IMG/VR virus record: IMGVR_UViG_3300023184_000026
Location: 233,259-297,258 of that record
Length of the DNA stretch: 64,000 nt
Direction: 5' to 3' (one strand)
The translations under genes were made by a program, and so were the position numbers. Shown one piece after another: positions 1 through 10,818 of this stretch. Each line of letters opens with the position of its first letter. The first letter of the stretch is position 1. Below the pieces are notes generated by a model. It made no database searches and was not told the origin of the DNA. It worked only from the letters and a program-made list of their open reading frames with translations.

Positions 1-223
1 TGCAAAAAATCCAATCCTCAATCAGATTCTGAATGAAACTGTCGGTGGAGTTCCATATGAAGAAGAATCCGCACCATCGGCAATGGATGTCATCAAAACT
101 CTTCCAATTGAAACATTGAATGAAAATAAAGAAATGGCGGCAGTTGCGAATGCACTGTCGCGCGATTATTCCAAATTACTAAAGGCTGTTGACGCCAAGG
201 CAACAGCAAAACGTCAGGTATAA
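1..223 (+). CDS. 3' end of a hypothetical protein (runs off the window start)
   Basis: Open frame from position 2 (AKNPILNQILNETVGGVP...KRQV) ends at TAA 221-223, immediately before the gp25-like ATG. Confidence 0.7.
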   Translation, partial: AKNPILNQILNETVGGVPYEEESAPSAMDVIKTLPIETLNENKEMAAVANALSRDYSKLLKAVDAKATAKRQV

Positions 224-225
224 AA

Positions 226-636
226 ATGGTAACTCCGTCACAGACATATGGAATATTATTGCCTATAACTCATGGGCCGCAGGGATTTTTTAATTCAAGC
301 TATGACATTCTCGAACAGATAAAAAGCAACCTTAATGTACTTTTGAGAACGAGAAAAGGCGAGCGTAGAATGAATCCGGAATTTGGATCTGGTTTGTGGA
401 ACATCTTGTTTGAAAATTATACAGATGATATTACCCCTATGGTAAAAAATTCCATACAAAGAGATATTGCAAAATGGATGAGTTATGTAAAAATTCAAGA
501 CATTCAAATTTATACCAGTAGCGCGGAATACAAAGACAAAAACAAAGTTGGAGTAAAAGTATTATTCACGGTACCAAGTGCGGGTATCAACAAAACACAA
601 ACCATCGAAGTTGCCGTAAATTCTGGAAATATATGA
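226..636 (+). CDS. gp25: Baseplate wedge protein, GPW/gp25 family
   Basis: 136 aa; IKSNLNVLLRTRKGERRMNPEFGSGL is the typical gp25/GPW motif; overlaps the next baseplate gene (ATATGA). Confidence 0.88.
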   Translation: MVTPSQTYGILLPITHGPQGFFNSSYDILEQIKSNLNVLLRTRKGERRMNPEFGSGLWNILFENYTDDITPMVKNSIQRDIAKWMSYVKIQDIQIYTSSAEYKDKNKVGVKVLFTVPSAGINKTQTIEVAVNSGNI

Positions 637-2588
637 TACTAGATACACCAAAATCATTTCAGCCGGATAAAAAAGATGTAAAATATCTCAATAAAGATTT
701 CACTCAGTTGAAACAATCGTTGATGGATTTTGCTAAAACATACTATCCAAACACATACAAGGATTTTAGCGATGCTTCTGCGGGCATGATGTTTATTGAA
801 ATGGCTGCATATGTTGGAGATGTGTTGTCGTATTATATAGATTATCAATTTAAAGAATCTATGTTGGTTAATTCGGAAGAACGTAAGAACATAATCGATG
901 CCGCTAGATCGATGGGATATAAGATGAAGCCAATATCACCATCAGTCACAAAGTTGGATGTATATCAACTTGTGCCATCGAAGATGAACACAGGCGGTCA
1001 AATGGTTCCCGACCTAAACTATTCTCAAATCATAAAAGCTGGTATGTCAACTACCAGTGATAGCGGAATATCATTTTTAACAAATTCTCCTGTAGATTTT
1101 ACAGTGGATACAAAAAACGATCCACTGGAGGTATCCGTGTTTCAACGCAATGCAGCCGGTCAACCCGATTTTTTTGTGTTAAAAAAGACGGTTGATGCAT
1201 TTTCTGGTAGAATTGTTACAAAAACGGTGTCTATTGGAAATCCGTCTCCATTCTTAAAAGTATATTTGGACGAACCAAATGTAATTGAGGTAATGGATAT
1301 ATACGATTCCGATGGAAATCGCTGGCATGAAACGGATTATCTCGCACAAGATCTTGTACCGGTCAACTACGAGAACATTTATAAAAACGATAATACTCTA
1401 TCGGTATACAGAGATACTTCTCCGTTTTTGTTGAGATACTTGCGCACAGCAAAAAGATTCGTGACAGGAGTTGGTGCCGACAATACCACATTTTTGGAAT
1501 TTGGGTCTGGCACAAGTATCAAAGAAGACGAACTCATTGTTCCAAACGCATTCACCGTTAGTAAGCCTACCACATTCAGAGCTGAAAATATTGCATATGA
1601 TCCATCTAACTTTCTGTCGTCAAAGTCATTCGGCCAGGCTCCATCAAACACCACCCTGACAATTAGATATGTTGTTGGTGGAGGAATAACTAGCAATATA
1701 AATTCCAACTCCATAAAAAATATTAGCTCGGTGGAATTTTTCGGAGATTTGACCGAGATAGGAAAGCTTGAATTGGATCTTACAAATCTCGTGCGCCGTT
1801 CCGTCAAAGTAAATAATCCCATTTCCGCGTCGGGTGGAAGAAGCGCCGAAACAAACGATGAAATAAGAAATAACGCACTTGCTTATTTCGCCGCACAAAA
1901 CAGAGTTGTTACTCAGGGAGATTACGAGGTAAGAACATTTGCAATGCCATCAAAATATGGATCTATAGCAAAAGTTTATGCAGTAACTGATACGCAACTT
2001 GATATGGCAAACATACAAGCGACTCCGACGGAAACTCAATCGGGCCGTTTTTCTCCGGGCACAATTAACAAAGTCAACCCAAATAAAAATAATCAGTTCG
2101 CTATAAATCTTTATATATTATGTTATGACAACAACCAGCGGTTAATCACATCAAACGAAGCTATTCGCCAAAATTTGAAAAATTATCTAAATCAATATAG
2201 AATGTTGACAGACAGTGTAAATATGATTGATGGATATATCATAAATATAGGAATAGATTTTACGGTAATTGTATACAAGAATTATAATAAACGAGAAGTT
2301 CTGGCAAATTGTTTAACATTGGTTCAACAATTTTTTGATATTAATAACATTAAATTCTGTCAACCTATTAATTTAAGTCGCCTTCAATTGGAAATCGCAA
2401 AAGTGGATGGAGTACAATCTGTGACATATTTGAATGTCAAGAATTTAACCTTAAAAGATGGGGATTATTCTCCGCATGAGTATAATATAGGAAAAGCTAC
2501 TGTCGATGGAGTTATATATCCATCAATTGATCCAAGTGTATTTGAAGTCCGCTTTCCATCAAAAGATATAGTGGGGCGTGTAGCGTAA
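633..2588 (+). CDS. gp6: Baseplate wedge subunit, gp6/baseplate-J-like
   Basis: YLNKDF...YYPNTYKDFSDASAGMMFIEMAAYVGDVLSYYID N-terminus; GGRSAETNDEIR...AQNRVVTQGDY motif; follows gp25. Confidence 0.88.
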   Translation: MILDTPKSFQPDKKDVKYLNKDFTQLKQSLMDFAKTYYPNTYKDFSDASAGMMFIEMAAYVGDVLSYYIDYQFKESMLVNSEERKNIIDAARSMGYKMKPISPSVTKLDVYQLVPSKMNTGGQMVPDLNYSQIIKAGMSTTSDSGISFLTNSPVDFTVDTKNDPLEVSVFQRNAAGQPDFFVLKKTVDAFSGRIVTKTVSIGNPSPFLKVYLDEPNVIEVMDIYDSDGNRWHETDYLAQDLVPVNYENIYKNDNTLSVYRDTSPFLLRYLRTAKRFVTGVGADNTTFLEFGSGTSIKEDELIVPNAFTVSKPTTFRAENIAYDPSNFLSSKSFGQAPSNTTLTIRYVVGGGITSNINSNSIKNISSVEFFGDLTEIGKLELDLTNLVRRSVKVNNPISASGGRSAETNDEIRNNALAYFAAQNRVVTQGDYEVRTFAMPSKYGSIAKVYAVTDTQLDMANIQATPTETQSGRFSPGTINKVNPNKNNQFAINLYILCYDNNQRLITSNEAIRQNLKNYLNQYRMLTDSVNMIDGYIINIGIDFTVIVYKNYNKREVLANCLTLVQQFFDINNIKFCQPINLSRLQLEIAKVDGVQSVTYLNVKNLTLKDGDYSPHEYNIGKATVDGVIYPSIDPSVFEVRFPSKDIVGRVA

Positions 2589-2618
2589 ATATAGCTCAAA
2601 TTTATTTGAGGCGGCGTA

Positions 2619-2626
2619 TATTTATA
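2619..2626 (+). promoter_or_regulatory. TATTTATA putative late-promoter motif
   Basis: 18 nt before ATG 2645. Confidence 0.55.
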
Positions 2627-2644
2627 ATGTGAATAATATAGCAC

Positions 2645-3931
2645 ATGCACTACTTTTTATATCCAACTAAAGACGCATACATAAGCAATCTTCCAGCCTA
2701 TATGTATAAAAATACAGGATTGGACGAACTGCTTGAAGTGGAAAAGCGAATATCTACCAACGGATGCTCCAGCGTAGTTCAATATACGGAACTGGTCGGA
2801 TACACGGCATCAAGTTGCGAATTGTTGAGTGGTTCATTTTCGGGATCATTTAATCCGGAGTCAACCAGTTCTGTTGTCATTTCCAGTTCATACGAACCAA
2901 GATACACCAACACAATGAGTTCGGTTGTTTCAAGAGCACTACTTCGTTTTGATTTGGACGATGTTGCAACCGCAATAACAAATAACGAAATAATAAACCC
3001 TAAATTTTACCTCAATCTGAAAATATGTGAGTCCGTTGAAGTTCCAACAAAATACACATTATTTGCTTATCCAATTTCTCAATCTTGGGATATGGGCACC
3101 GGTTATAAATATGACGGATCAACCTCACCGGATGGTGTAAATTGGAAATTCAGTAGAGCGGATCAGATTGAAAAGTGGTGGAGTACAGGATCATTCACGG
3201 ATTGTGGTGGCGGCGGTGTGTGGTGGATAGACAGCAATACCAAAAAATCCGGTTCAGCCATTGACACACATATATATATTTCTGGAAGCTATAGTGCCAA
3301 ACAGGACTTTGATTATCAAACAAGCGATGTTAAAATGGAAGTAACTAGCATGGTGCTTGGGTGGTTAAATGAAGAAATTCAAAATAATGGTTTAATTTTG
3401 ATGCACAGCGATGAATCAAGTTCTGTTGAATATGGAACTTTGAAATTCTTCAGCAAAGAAACAAATACTATATATTCACCATATCTGGATGTTGCGTGGG
3501 ATGACTCTGTTTTAAGTTGGGAGTCACCAGGATTTGATACAGGAAGTGCCAGCCCAATTCAAATTCGAGATGCCGTAGTTGGCATAAAAAACATGGCCAC
3601 GGAATATAAGTTTGGATCAATCATCAGACTGGATGTTAGTCCCAGAAAAAGATATCCTCAAAAGACATTTACGAACAAACTTTCCGATTATTTATCACAG
3701 TACTATCTACCATCATCTAGTTTTTATCAAATAAAGGACGCCGAGAGCGAGGAAAATATATTGCCATATGATAATTTTACTCGTTTGAGCTTTGATTCAA
3801 ATGGAAATTATTTCATGCTAGACACAACTGGTCTACCGTCAGAAAGATACTACAAGGTTCAAATAAGAACAGAGCAAAGCGGGTCTATAATGACATTTGA
3901 TATCCCAACACCATTTAAGATTTCAAGATGA
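2645..3931 (+). CDS. Baseplate-associated structural protein (DNRLRE-like beta domain)
   Basis: YPTKDAYI...SRALLRFDL...QNNGLIL...FFSKE...SPYL pattern resembles DNRLRE-type domains; located in the baseplate operon. Confidence 0.55.
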   Translation: MHYFLYPTKDAYISNLPAYMYKNTGLDELLEVEKRISTNGCSSVVQYTELVGYTASSCELLSGSFSGSFNPESTSSVVISSSYEPRYTNTMSSVVSRALLRFDLDDVATAITNNEIINPKFYLNLKICESVEVPTKYTLFAYPISQSWDMGTGYKYDGSTSPDGVNWKFSRADQIEKWWSTGSFTDCGGGGVWWIDSNTKKSGSAIDTHIYISGSYSAKQDFDYQTSDVKMEVTSMVLGWLNEEIQNNGLILMHSDESSSVEYGTLKFFSKETNTIYSPYLDVAWDDSVLSWESPGFDTGSASPIQIRDAVVGIKNMATEYKFGSIIRLDVSPRKRYPQKTFTNKLSDYLSQYYLPSSSFYQIKDAESEENILPYDNFTRLSFDSNGNYFMLDTTGLPSERYYKVQIRTEQSGSIMTFDIPTPFKISR

Positions 3932-4149
3932 ATCCAAACCCAACTTTGCAAGGATACAATCAAACCGACATAGAAAAAATAACTCGCAGCGGTTCGATCA
4001 TTCCAAATATTGATAGTAGTGGAAATTTGATAATACAGAATGCTCCTGATCAGATATATAGTTCATCTATTACAATAGAGTTGATAAATGCTGTGTATAT
4101 TCCAACTAAAGTAGAAACGAAGATTGATCCTACATTTTACGAATTATAA
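3928..4149 (+). CDS. Small hypothetical protein in baseplate operon
   Basis: 73-aa ORF, 4-nt overlap with the upstream gene and 5-nt gap to the downstream gene. Confidence 0.6.
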   Translation: MNPNPTLQGYNQTDIEKITRSGSIIPNIDSSGNLIIQNAPDQIYSSSITIELINAVYIPTKVETKIDPTFYEL

Positions 4150-4154
4150 GTTAT

Positions 4155-7100
4155 ATGGAAAATTTGAATAATAGTTTGCAATTCATATCATATCCCTCGA
4201 AATCTTTGGGTCATGGATCTACATTGTCTCGGTCGGACATTATTTTTTACACAGAAAATCAAACTTCCAGTAATTTTCCGTTCGGTAAATCGGAAAAAGA
4301 CATCATAAATGTTGGCGTATATGAGCTAAGTGGTGAATTTGTTGCTTCCACAACCATTTATTCCAGTGGTTCTTACACAAAACACACCGCGTCATATTAT
4401 GATTCTTTTAATCAGTATAATCAATACTCATACAAGAAATATAATAGTGATTTTTTCATTGTTGGTAGCGACCAAAAGTCACTGCTATTTGATGTAAGCA
4501 GATGCTTGAATTCTATTGGAGTGCAGGATGGAAACTACAAGCTATATGTTGAATTAAATAGAAATATTGTTGGAAATGAAAAACAAAACGGCGAGAGACT
4601 TATCATCAATACTATTTCTACCGGAAGACAAGAAATAACATTGATACCTCAAACGCTGAGAGGTACCGATTCGGAAATAAATCGAGAATATGATATATTT
4701 TCCAACAGTCGACTTCAATTGAAAGATGTTGTTGAAGAAATATCAACGAATATTTCCAATCCCCAAATATACAACATTTATAATCTAGTGATGGAATCCA
4801 ATCCAAGTGGATCGGCTGCTCTGAAGTATAATTATGGACTCAAAACGGACGTTGACGTAATAAACTTTTTGACCGACATATATTACGGAGTATCAACCGG
4901 AAATTACAAATCAAATAGACAAATTGCCAACAATAATATTCTTGGAATATATAATCAGTTCAATAATTGGATGTATCAGAATTATGAAGCTGGAGTTACA
5001 TTCCAAATTATACAGGATTATTATTACAGTTTGTTTTTGTTTATTGTTGATAGAGAACTCAACAATATCACAAACAAACGTCCAGATAGTTTTCCCCAAA
5101 TTGTTGAATTTTTACAAACTATATTTTACAACGAAATATTTTATCCCGCGATTTATGAGGCAGAACTCAAGCGAAATATAGATTTATCCGGGTATTTTAA
5201 GTATTACTTAAATTTTACAAATGGTCAAAAAATATCGATAATCAATCAAAAATTGATTCCAACTCAAGATCCAAGGTTCTATGATTATTTAGCACTTAAA
5301 ATAATAGATCCATTGCCACAAAATTTTGACTTGGGTGCAGAGGCGTGGATCACATGTGATTTTGGATTCTTGCCAATTGTACAGAATTTATTTTATTTTT
5401 CAAAGACGGAAATTAAAACAATACCGTTGAGAGGACCAAATTTTCTTGTAAAAATAGAAAATGAGGGAAATTCCACGCAAGCTTTGTCGATGGATGAGCT
5501 AATTTCTGTCACCGGAAGTGCATACAATGAATTGGCAAAGAAGATAAGTTCGCGTGAAAACCAACTGATTGATACTACGAATTACAGAAACTTTGAAAAT
5601 TTTGTAAATTTTTCTTCGGCGGATATTAGACTTCAAGCATTTGGTGGTAAAAGAAAGCAAATCGATTCTTTGTATTATGAAATAGACACCGTTAACGCCA
5701 AACTTGTTTCGAATCCAAATGATGCATTTTATTTAAAAGAAAAATCCGATGCAAATTCTCAAATAGATGAGTTGGAGGCTGGAATGGATGGATATGAAAG
5801 ATTTTTGTATGAAAATCCCGGTTGGTATATAAAACATGGAGAGGGAGTTGATGGATACACGTCGGCATCATTCTATGATAAAAATAATGGAGGTTCATTG
5901 ATAAATAATTTGCCACAGTTCATTATAGAGGATGCAAGCAACAATGCCGATTATATAAAGTTTGTGGCCATGGTTGGTCATTTTTTTGATAATATTTCAT
6001 TGACTATAAAACAGTTAACTGAAAAAAATAATTATTCAAGTTCTCCAAATTTTGGAATATCCTTGGATATTGTTGGAGATATGCTTCGTTCACTTGGGTG
6101 GGATGCGGAAATATCAAAAGATAACCTTCCGCTTATTCTGGCGTCATTCTCAAAAAACGATTTTGACCCAGAATCTGAATTTTATTCTCAAGCCAGAAAT
6201 CTTTCCGAAGAACAAAGAAACCAAATAATATGGAAAAGATTATTGAATAGTCTTCCTTTCATATACAAAGCAAAGGGGACGGAAGCATCATTGAATGCAT
6301 TAATTTCATGCTTTGGCGTTCCAAAGAATATCATTAAAATAAAAGAATATGGCGGAATATTAAATACGAGCAATCTTACCGATACTACAGAACATATCGT
6401 GGAAGAAGTAAAATACGAGCCATATTTCAGCGGAAGTTTTGAGTATTTCGTTCTTAATTGGACCGGTAGTGCAAAGACAATTGAATTCAATTTCAGATTT
6501 GATCCAGCAAAAACAAGTGAATCTGGTACGGTTTTTAGATTGGCAAATTGTTCTGATAATTGGGTGGTTGGTGCTGTTCGCGACAGAGGAAATGATTGGG
6601 GGAAATTATTTTTCAGTATAGATGATGGGTATGGAAATGTTAAGACCGCAGTTACATCACGCGCCCCAATATTTGATGGAAATTCTTACCACGCAATGGT
6701 AAAGAGAAACGATGTTGATGTTCATTTCAATGCAACTATAAATTTGGATGAATATCCAACCAGATATGACCTACTTCTTCAAAAATCGGAAGATGATAGA
6801 ATAACTTACAGTGTAACTTCCAGTATGTTCGTGAGTGGAAGTTTCAATAATTCTTTTGGTACTGGTGAGTATCTGTATATAGGAAATTACAATCAAAGTA
6901 CTGCGTCTTTAAATATCGACCCAGAGGCTTTTTTTGGAAATATTGACGATATACGAGTATGGGAAACTCCATTATCGACCGCACGTTTTGAGGCACACAC
7001 ACTTCATAGAAATGCATATGACCTCGAAGATCCTATGGAAATGATTTCTGATAATTTGTATAGAATATCATTTGAGCGACCAGTCGATCTTTATAGTACC

Positions 7101-8885
7101 GAATCATACGCGGTGAACTTGAATAATTTATCATTTAGAAAAGATTTTCCAACATTTGGAGCCGCAAACTTTCCAGAATCTTTTGGTAAATTGGAGAGAT
7201 TGTCATATTGCGACCCATCCGAAGGCCCGTCGTTTCCATATCAGTTTTCTCGCAAGGACGTGCGAATGATAATGAAAATTCCCGATTATGGGTCCAGTAA
7301 ATTCAGAAGTAATAAAATTAATTATGTAGAACAAGAACTTTCCACAAATCTTTCTCCAGATACACGAGCGTCATATATGACGAGTGAACTGATAAGTACA
7401 GATTCAAACAAGCTCGGAATATTTTTCTCTCCGTCGGAAATGCAAAATACGGAAATCATTAAGTTCTTTGGTGAATTTCCATTGGGAGATTTGATTGGAG
7501 ATCCAGCATCCGTTTACAAAAATTCTTACGATAAATTTGAAAGATTTAGACAGATATATTATGACCAAGGATTTGGAAATATTGATTTCACATTCTTCAT
7601 GAATATTGTTCGATTCTATTTTGACAAGGCAATGTTCAAATATATAAAGGGGATAATTCCGGCCAGAGCAAAATTGGTGGACGGTATATTGATTGAACCG
7701 AGCATACTGGAAAGACCAAAGTTACAATTGAAGCCGCTGGTGAAAGAGAACATAGATCAAAAAACTGGCGAAACTTATTCAAAAAGTAAAATTAGCGTTG
7801 TAAAAGATCCGGATAGAGTTGGAATATTGAGACAGGAATACAGAGGAATTGCAACATATTCGGATGTAAATCAAGTATTTTTTCCGGCGGAACAAGATCA
7901 ATATGGTTTTGAAATTTATGGAAATAACGGATTGACATATTATAATGGAAATTATTATAGGGCGGATGTAATACCATACACGAAAAAATATCAAGTGTCG
8001 CAAAAATACGTTGCTCCATATTCTCAATTGAATGAAAACCAGATAGTGAATGATTTTTCGGGAAAAACGGAAACAATCACAAACACTTATTATAAGGTTA
8101 ATATTGCAAAATTGCCGGTTGTGGACAGATATCCAATGACTGCATCGGTTTCTCCAAGAGGCCAAGCTATACCAAAAACATATTTCAGCGGAAGTTTATA
8201 TTTTGATGCCGGTATGCGCGGTTGGCAAGATTATGCTACAACCAATTCTCACAAGCTTATGGGAATAATATCCGGTTCGGTAAATGGATTGGATGTAGTG
8301 CAGTATCCTTACATAGATCCAATATACGGTGCAATTACGAATGGTACGATTGTAAATCCAGGAATTATTATATCGGGAAGTATGTTCCAAAATGGATGTC
8401 CAGTTACATATTCTGGATATTTTGATGTTGATGGTGGTGTTCAATCGTTTGAAGGCTATATATACGGGCATTTCAGTGGAAGTTTTTTTGCTGGGAATTA
8501 TTCAAGTTCAATATATGAACGAACGGTGTATAATATTCAATTTATATCAGAAGCTCCCACATCGTCGATATTTAATATATTTTCCACACATGGTTCGGGC
8601 GATTTATTTGCGCCGCTGGCTTCTGGTCTAAATTATCGCAAGATTTACTCCATGGAATACTATCCAACAAGCTCCAAATTATTGAATGGTTACATGGAAA
8701 CTCATCACAAATATAGCAAATTGCAGTTTTCTCAAAAAGAAATTAACGCATATCAAACAAATCCAATAACCAAAGTCCAAACCAATTATAAATGGAAACG
8801 TAGTAGTCAAAATAAAAAAACTACTGTAGATCCAAAGACTGGATTGACCGACAATACTGATGCGGTTATTGTGAAAACTATATAA
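4155..8885 (+). CDS. Large baseplate/tail protein with P2 tail-I/gp7-like motif and LamG-like domain
   Basis: 1576 aa; IWKRLLNSLPFIYKAKGTEASLNALISCFG (~6230-6315) resembles the tail-I/gp7 KGT motif; TIEFNFRF...LYIGN...FFGNIDDIRVWETPLS (~6480-6980) is LamG/concanavalin-like. Confidence 0.65.
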   Translation: MENLNNSLQFISYPSKSLGHGSTLSRSDIIFYTENQTSSNFPFGKSEKDIINVGVYELSGEFVASTTIYSSGSYTKHTASYYDSFNQYNQYSYKKYNSDFFIVGSDQKSLLFDVSRCLNSIGVQDGNYKLYVELNRNIVGNEKQNGERLIINTISTGRQEITLIPQTLRGTDSEINREYDIFSNSRLQLKDVVEEISTNISNPQIYNIYNLVMESNPSGSAALKYNYGLKTDVDVINFLTDIYYGVSTGNYKSNRQIANNNILGIYNQFNNWMYQNYEAGVTFQIIQDYYYSLFLFIVDRELNNITNKRPDSFPQIVEFLQTIFYNEIFYPAIYEAELKRNIDLSGYFKYYLNFTNGQKISIINQKLIPTQDPRFYDYLALKIIDPLPQNFDLGAEAWITCDFGFLPIVQNLFYFSKTEIKTIPLRGPNFLVKIENEGNSTQALSMDELISVTGSAYNELAKKISSRENQLIDTTNYRNFENFVNFSSADIRLQAFGGKRKQIDSLYYEIDTVNAKLVSNPNDAFYLKEKSDANSQIDELEAGMDGYERFLYENPGWYIKHGEGVDGYTSASFYDKNNGGSLINNLPQFIIEDASNNADYIKFVAMVGHFFDNISLTIKQLTEKNNYSSSPNFGISLDIVGDMLRSLGWDAEISKDNLPLILASFSKNDFDPESEFYSQARNLSEEQRNQIIWKRLLNSLPFIYKAKGTEASLNALISCFGVPKNIIKIKEYGGILNTSNLTDTTEHIVEEVKYEPYFSGSFEYFVLNWTGSAKTIEFNFRFDPAKTSESGTVFRLANCSDNWVVGAVRDRGNDWGKLFFSIDDGYGNVKTAVTSRAPIFDGNSYHAMVKRNDVDVHFNATINLDEYPTRYDLLLQKSEDDRITYSVTSSMFVSGSFNNSFGTGEYLYIGNYNQSTASLNIDPEAFFGNIDDIRVWETPLSTARFEAHTLHRNAYDLEDPMEMISDNLYRISFERPVDLYSTESYAVNLNNLSFRKDFPTFGAANFPESFGKLERLSYCDPSEGPSFPYQFSRKDVRMIMKIPDYGSSKFRSNKINYVEQELSTNLSPDTRASYMTSELISTDSNKLGIFFSPSEMQNTEIIKFFGEFPLGDLIGDPASVYKNSYDKFERFRQIYYDQGFGNIDFTFFMNIVRFYFDKAMFKYIKGIIPARAKLVDGILIEPSILERPKLQLKPLVKENIDQKTGETYSKSKISVVKDPDRVGILRQEYRGIATYSDVNQVFFPAEQDQYGFEIYGNNGLTYYNGNYYRADVIPYTKKYQVSQKYVAPYSQLNENQIVNDFSGKTETITNTYYKVNIAKLPVVDRYPMTASVSPRGQAIPKTYFSGSLYFDAGMRGWQDYATTNSHKLMGIISGSVNGLDVVQYPYIDPIYGAITNGTIVNPGIIISGSMFQNGCPVTYSGYFDVDGGVQSFEGYIYGHFSGSFFAGNYSSSIYERTVYNIQFISEAPTSSIFNIFSTHGSGDLFAPLASGLNYRKIYSMEYYPTSSKLLNGYMETHHKYSKLQFSQKEINAYQTNPITKVQTNYKWKRSSQNKKTTVDPKTGLTDNTDAVIVKTI

Positions 8886-8914
8886 AAAAATAAGAAAAAA
8901 GAGAATGGCGTATA

Positions 8915-8922
8915 TATTTATT
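8915..8922 (+). promoter_or_regulatory. TATTTATT variant of the putative late motif
   Basis: 16 nt before ATG 8939. Confidence 0.45.
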
Positions 8923-8938
8923 AGGAAAGTAACACTAT

Positions 8939-9568
8939 ATGGCGTATATCAATAATCAGACAATCACTGTGGATGCGGTTCTCACAAAAAAGGGCAGAGA
9001 ATTGCTGGCGGCAAAAGGCGGTCTTAATATCACATCGTATGCTCTTTCGGATGATGAAATTGATTATAGTTTGTATCAACCAAATCACCCACAGGGATCG
9101 GCATATTATGACCTCGCCGTTCGTAATACTCCGGTGTTTGAAGCATTCACAGATGAAACTCAAGCTTTAAAATATAAGCTAGTAACATTGCCTTCTGGAC
9201 AGACTTCAATCCCAGTTATCAGTCTTGGTCAAAGTTCCATCAACGTTGACAATGATTACAAAGGAGAGGTTGTTGTTGTTCCAAGCACAAATCCAGCGTA
9301 CAACACCACACTTGGATACACTGCAATTTTAGCTAATAAAACCGTTGGCACTATTGTTGGAGAGCAGCTTCAGACCGCAACAACTGCAACAATTCCAACA
9401 TTCATTGGGGATGTTTCGTCCACAACTGCACAAGTAGCACTTGGATTAAGATTTAGATTTGTACCAAATATGTCATTGACCACTACAACTGGAACTACTC
9501 TAACAATCATTGGCAACGAGAGTGGTGGGTCAATTTCGATCCCAGTCACTGTTAACGTAAGAAATTAA
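8939..9568 (+). CDS. Virion structural protein (baseplate/tail)
   Basis: 209 aa, Thr/Val-rich; N-terminal DAVLTKKGRELLA...ITSYALSDDEIDY; late-type motif upstream. Confidence 0.6.
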   Translation: MAYINNQTITVDAVLTKKGRELLAAKGGLNITSYALSDDEIDYSLYQPNHPQGSAYYDLAVRNTPVFEAFTDETQALKYKLVTLPSGQTSIPVISLGQSSINVDNDYKGEVVVVPSTNPAYNTTLGYTAILANKTVGTIVGEQLQTATTATIPTFIGDVSSTTAQVALGLRFRFVPNMSLTTTTGTTLTIIGNESGGSISIPVTVNVRN

Positions 9569-9578
9569 TTAAAATCAT

Positions 9579-10688
9579 ATGATCTTCAAGCAATTTGATC
9601 AAACGGACATAGTGGCGGGAAGATCCCAGCCAGTGTCCACCGGAATGTGGAGCGACGGCGAAACGAACTGGTCTCAGTTTTATACCAGCAGTATTCAAAC
9701 GACGCAGTCATCATCGCTGTATGAACCGTTAAATGGACTGTATTATACCAACGTTTATGATTATCCAGTAGCGTCCGCCAGTTCCGACGTATATTTTTCG
9801 ATTACGTATGGTCACTCCGCAGGATCGGGTTCTTCAACATTCGACAAAAACGCGTCACAGGGAAGTTTGATATATCCAACAAAGGCAATATACAATCAAT
9901 ACCGAAATTTACTGTTGGCACCCGGTGATTCTAAATTTACATTTGTTAAATCGGATAATAACGGAAACCAGACACAGATTGATTCTGATGATATTTACGC
10001 AATTTCATTTAGAGGCACAAAATACAAAGATCGTTTAGATCCCGGCCAATTTGAATTTACACTAAGTGGGTCCAGTGGAGCAAATGGAAAAATTACACTG
10101 ATAGATGATTCCAGAATTAATCCGGAAACTGGTGTGCAGACTGGTGGAAAGCGTTATAATCTTATACGAGGTTCGATTGAAAGCGGATCTTTGTCCACGA
10201 CAAAAAATTACGAAGCAATTGGATCTATATACCCAGACTTGGGAATAATCATATTGAACCCGACAGTTCTTCAGTCGTTGGTTGGAAATGTTGGTGGAAT
10301 ATCCTTGAACGATTATACTTCAAACTATTGGGGTGATGGATTTGCACGAATGCAGAATGTTCTCTTCGCATCTATAAAACAGGGTGCGGCTGCGTTGCCA
10401 ATGAAAGCGAGAGTAACTGAATATGTTCCCGCTCGTCATTATTTTGTGAGAGTAAAGAACCAAGAGTATAATTACAGCAACAATCCAACATTTATTATAT
10501 CTGACAAATCTAGTTCGGAGTATGGTAAATTGAGATTCACCGATTTTTATACCAATCCAAAAGTATATGTAACCTCGGTTGGTCTATATAATGAAACAAA
10601 CGACTTGGTTGCTGTTGCAAAACTGAGTCAGCCGTTATTAAAAGACTTTACCAACGAGTGTCTTATAAAAATTAAGATAGATGTTTAA
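9579..10688 (+). CDS. Virion structural protein, paralog of 10819-14181
   Basis: C-terminal EYNYSNNPT...VTSVGLYNETNDLVAVAKLSQP matches EFNYSTNPT...ITTVGLYDGNELVAVGKLGRP of the next gene; similar N-termini (MIFKQF/MIKQF). Confidence 0.6.
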   Translation: MIFKQFDQTDIVAGRSQPVSTGMWSDGETNWSQFYTSSIQTTQSSSLYEPLNGLYYTNVYDYPVASASSDVYFSITYGHSAGSGSSTFDKNASQGSLIYPTKAIYNQYRNLLLAPGDSKFTFVKSDNNGNQTQIDSDDIYAISFRGTKYKDRLDPGQFEFTLSGSSGANGKITLIDDSRINPETGVQTGGKRYNLIRGSIESGSLSTTKNYEAIGSIYPDLGIIILNPTVLQSLVGNVGGISLNDYTSNYWGDGFARMQNVLFASIKQGAAALPMKARVTEYVPARHYFVRVKNQEYNYSNNPTFIISDKSSSEYGKLRFTDFYTNPKVYVTSVGLYNETNDLVAVAKLSQPLLKDFTNECLIKIKIDV

Positions 10689-10805
10689 CTAATAAAAGTT
10701 AAATTTTACATTGTTTAAGTAGTGTGTTTTGGGATGGGTTATAAAGAAATGTTGTCAATTGTAAAAACTCGCTCTATCGGCAAGTGAATACTCAAACATT
10801 GATTA

Positions 10806-10813
10806 TATTTATC
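10806..10813 (+). promoter_or_regulatory. TATTTATC variant of the putative late motif
   Basis: 5 nt before ATG 10819. Confidence 0.45.
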
Positions 10814-10818
10814 TATAT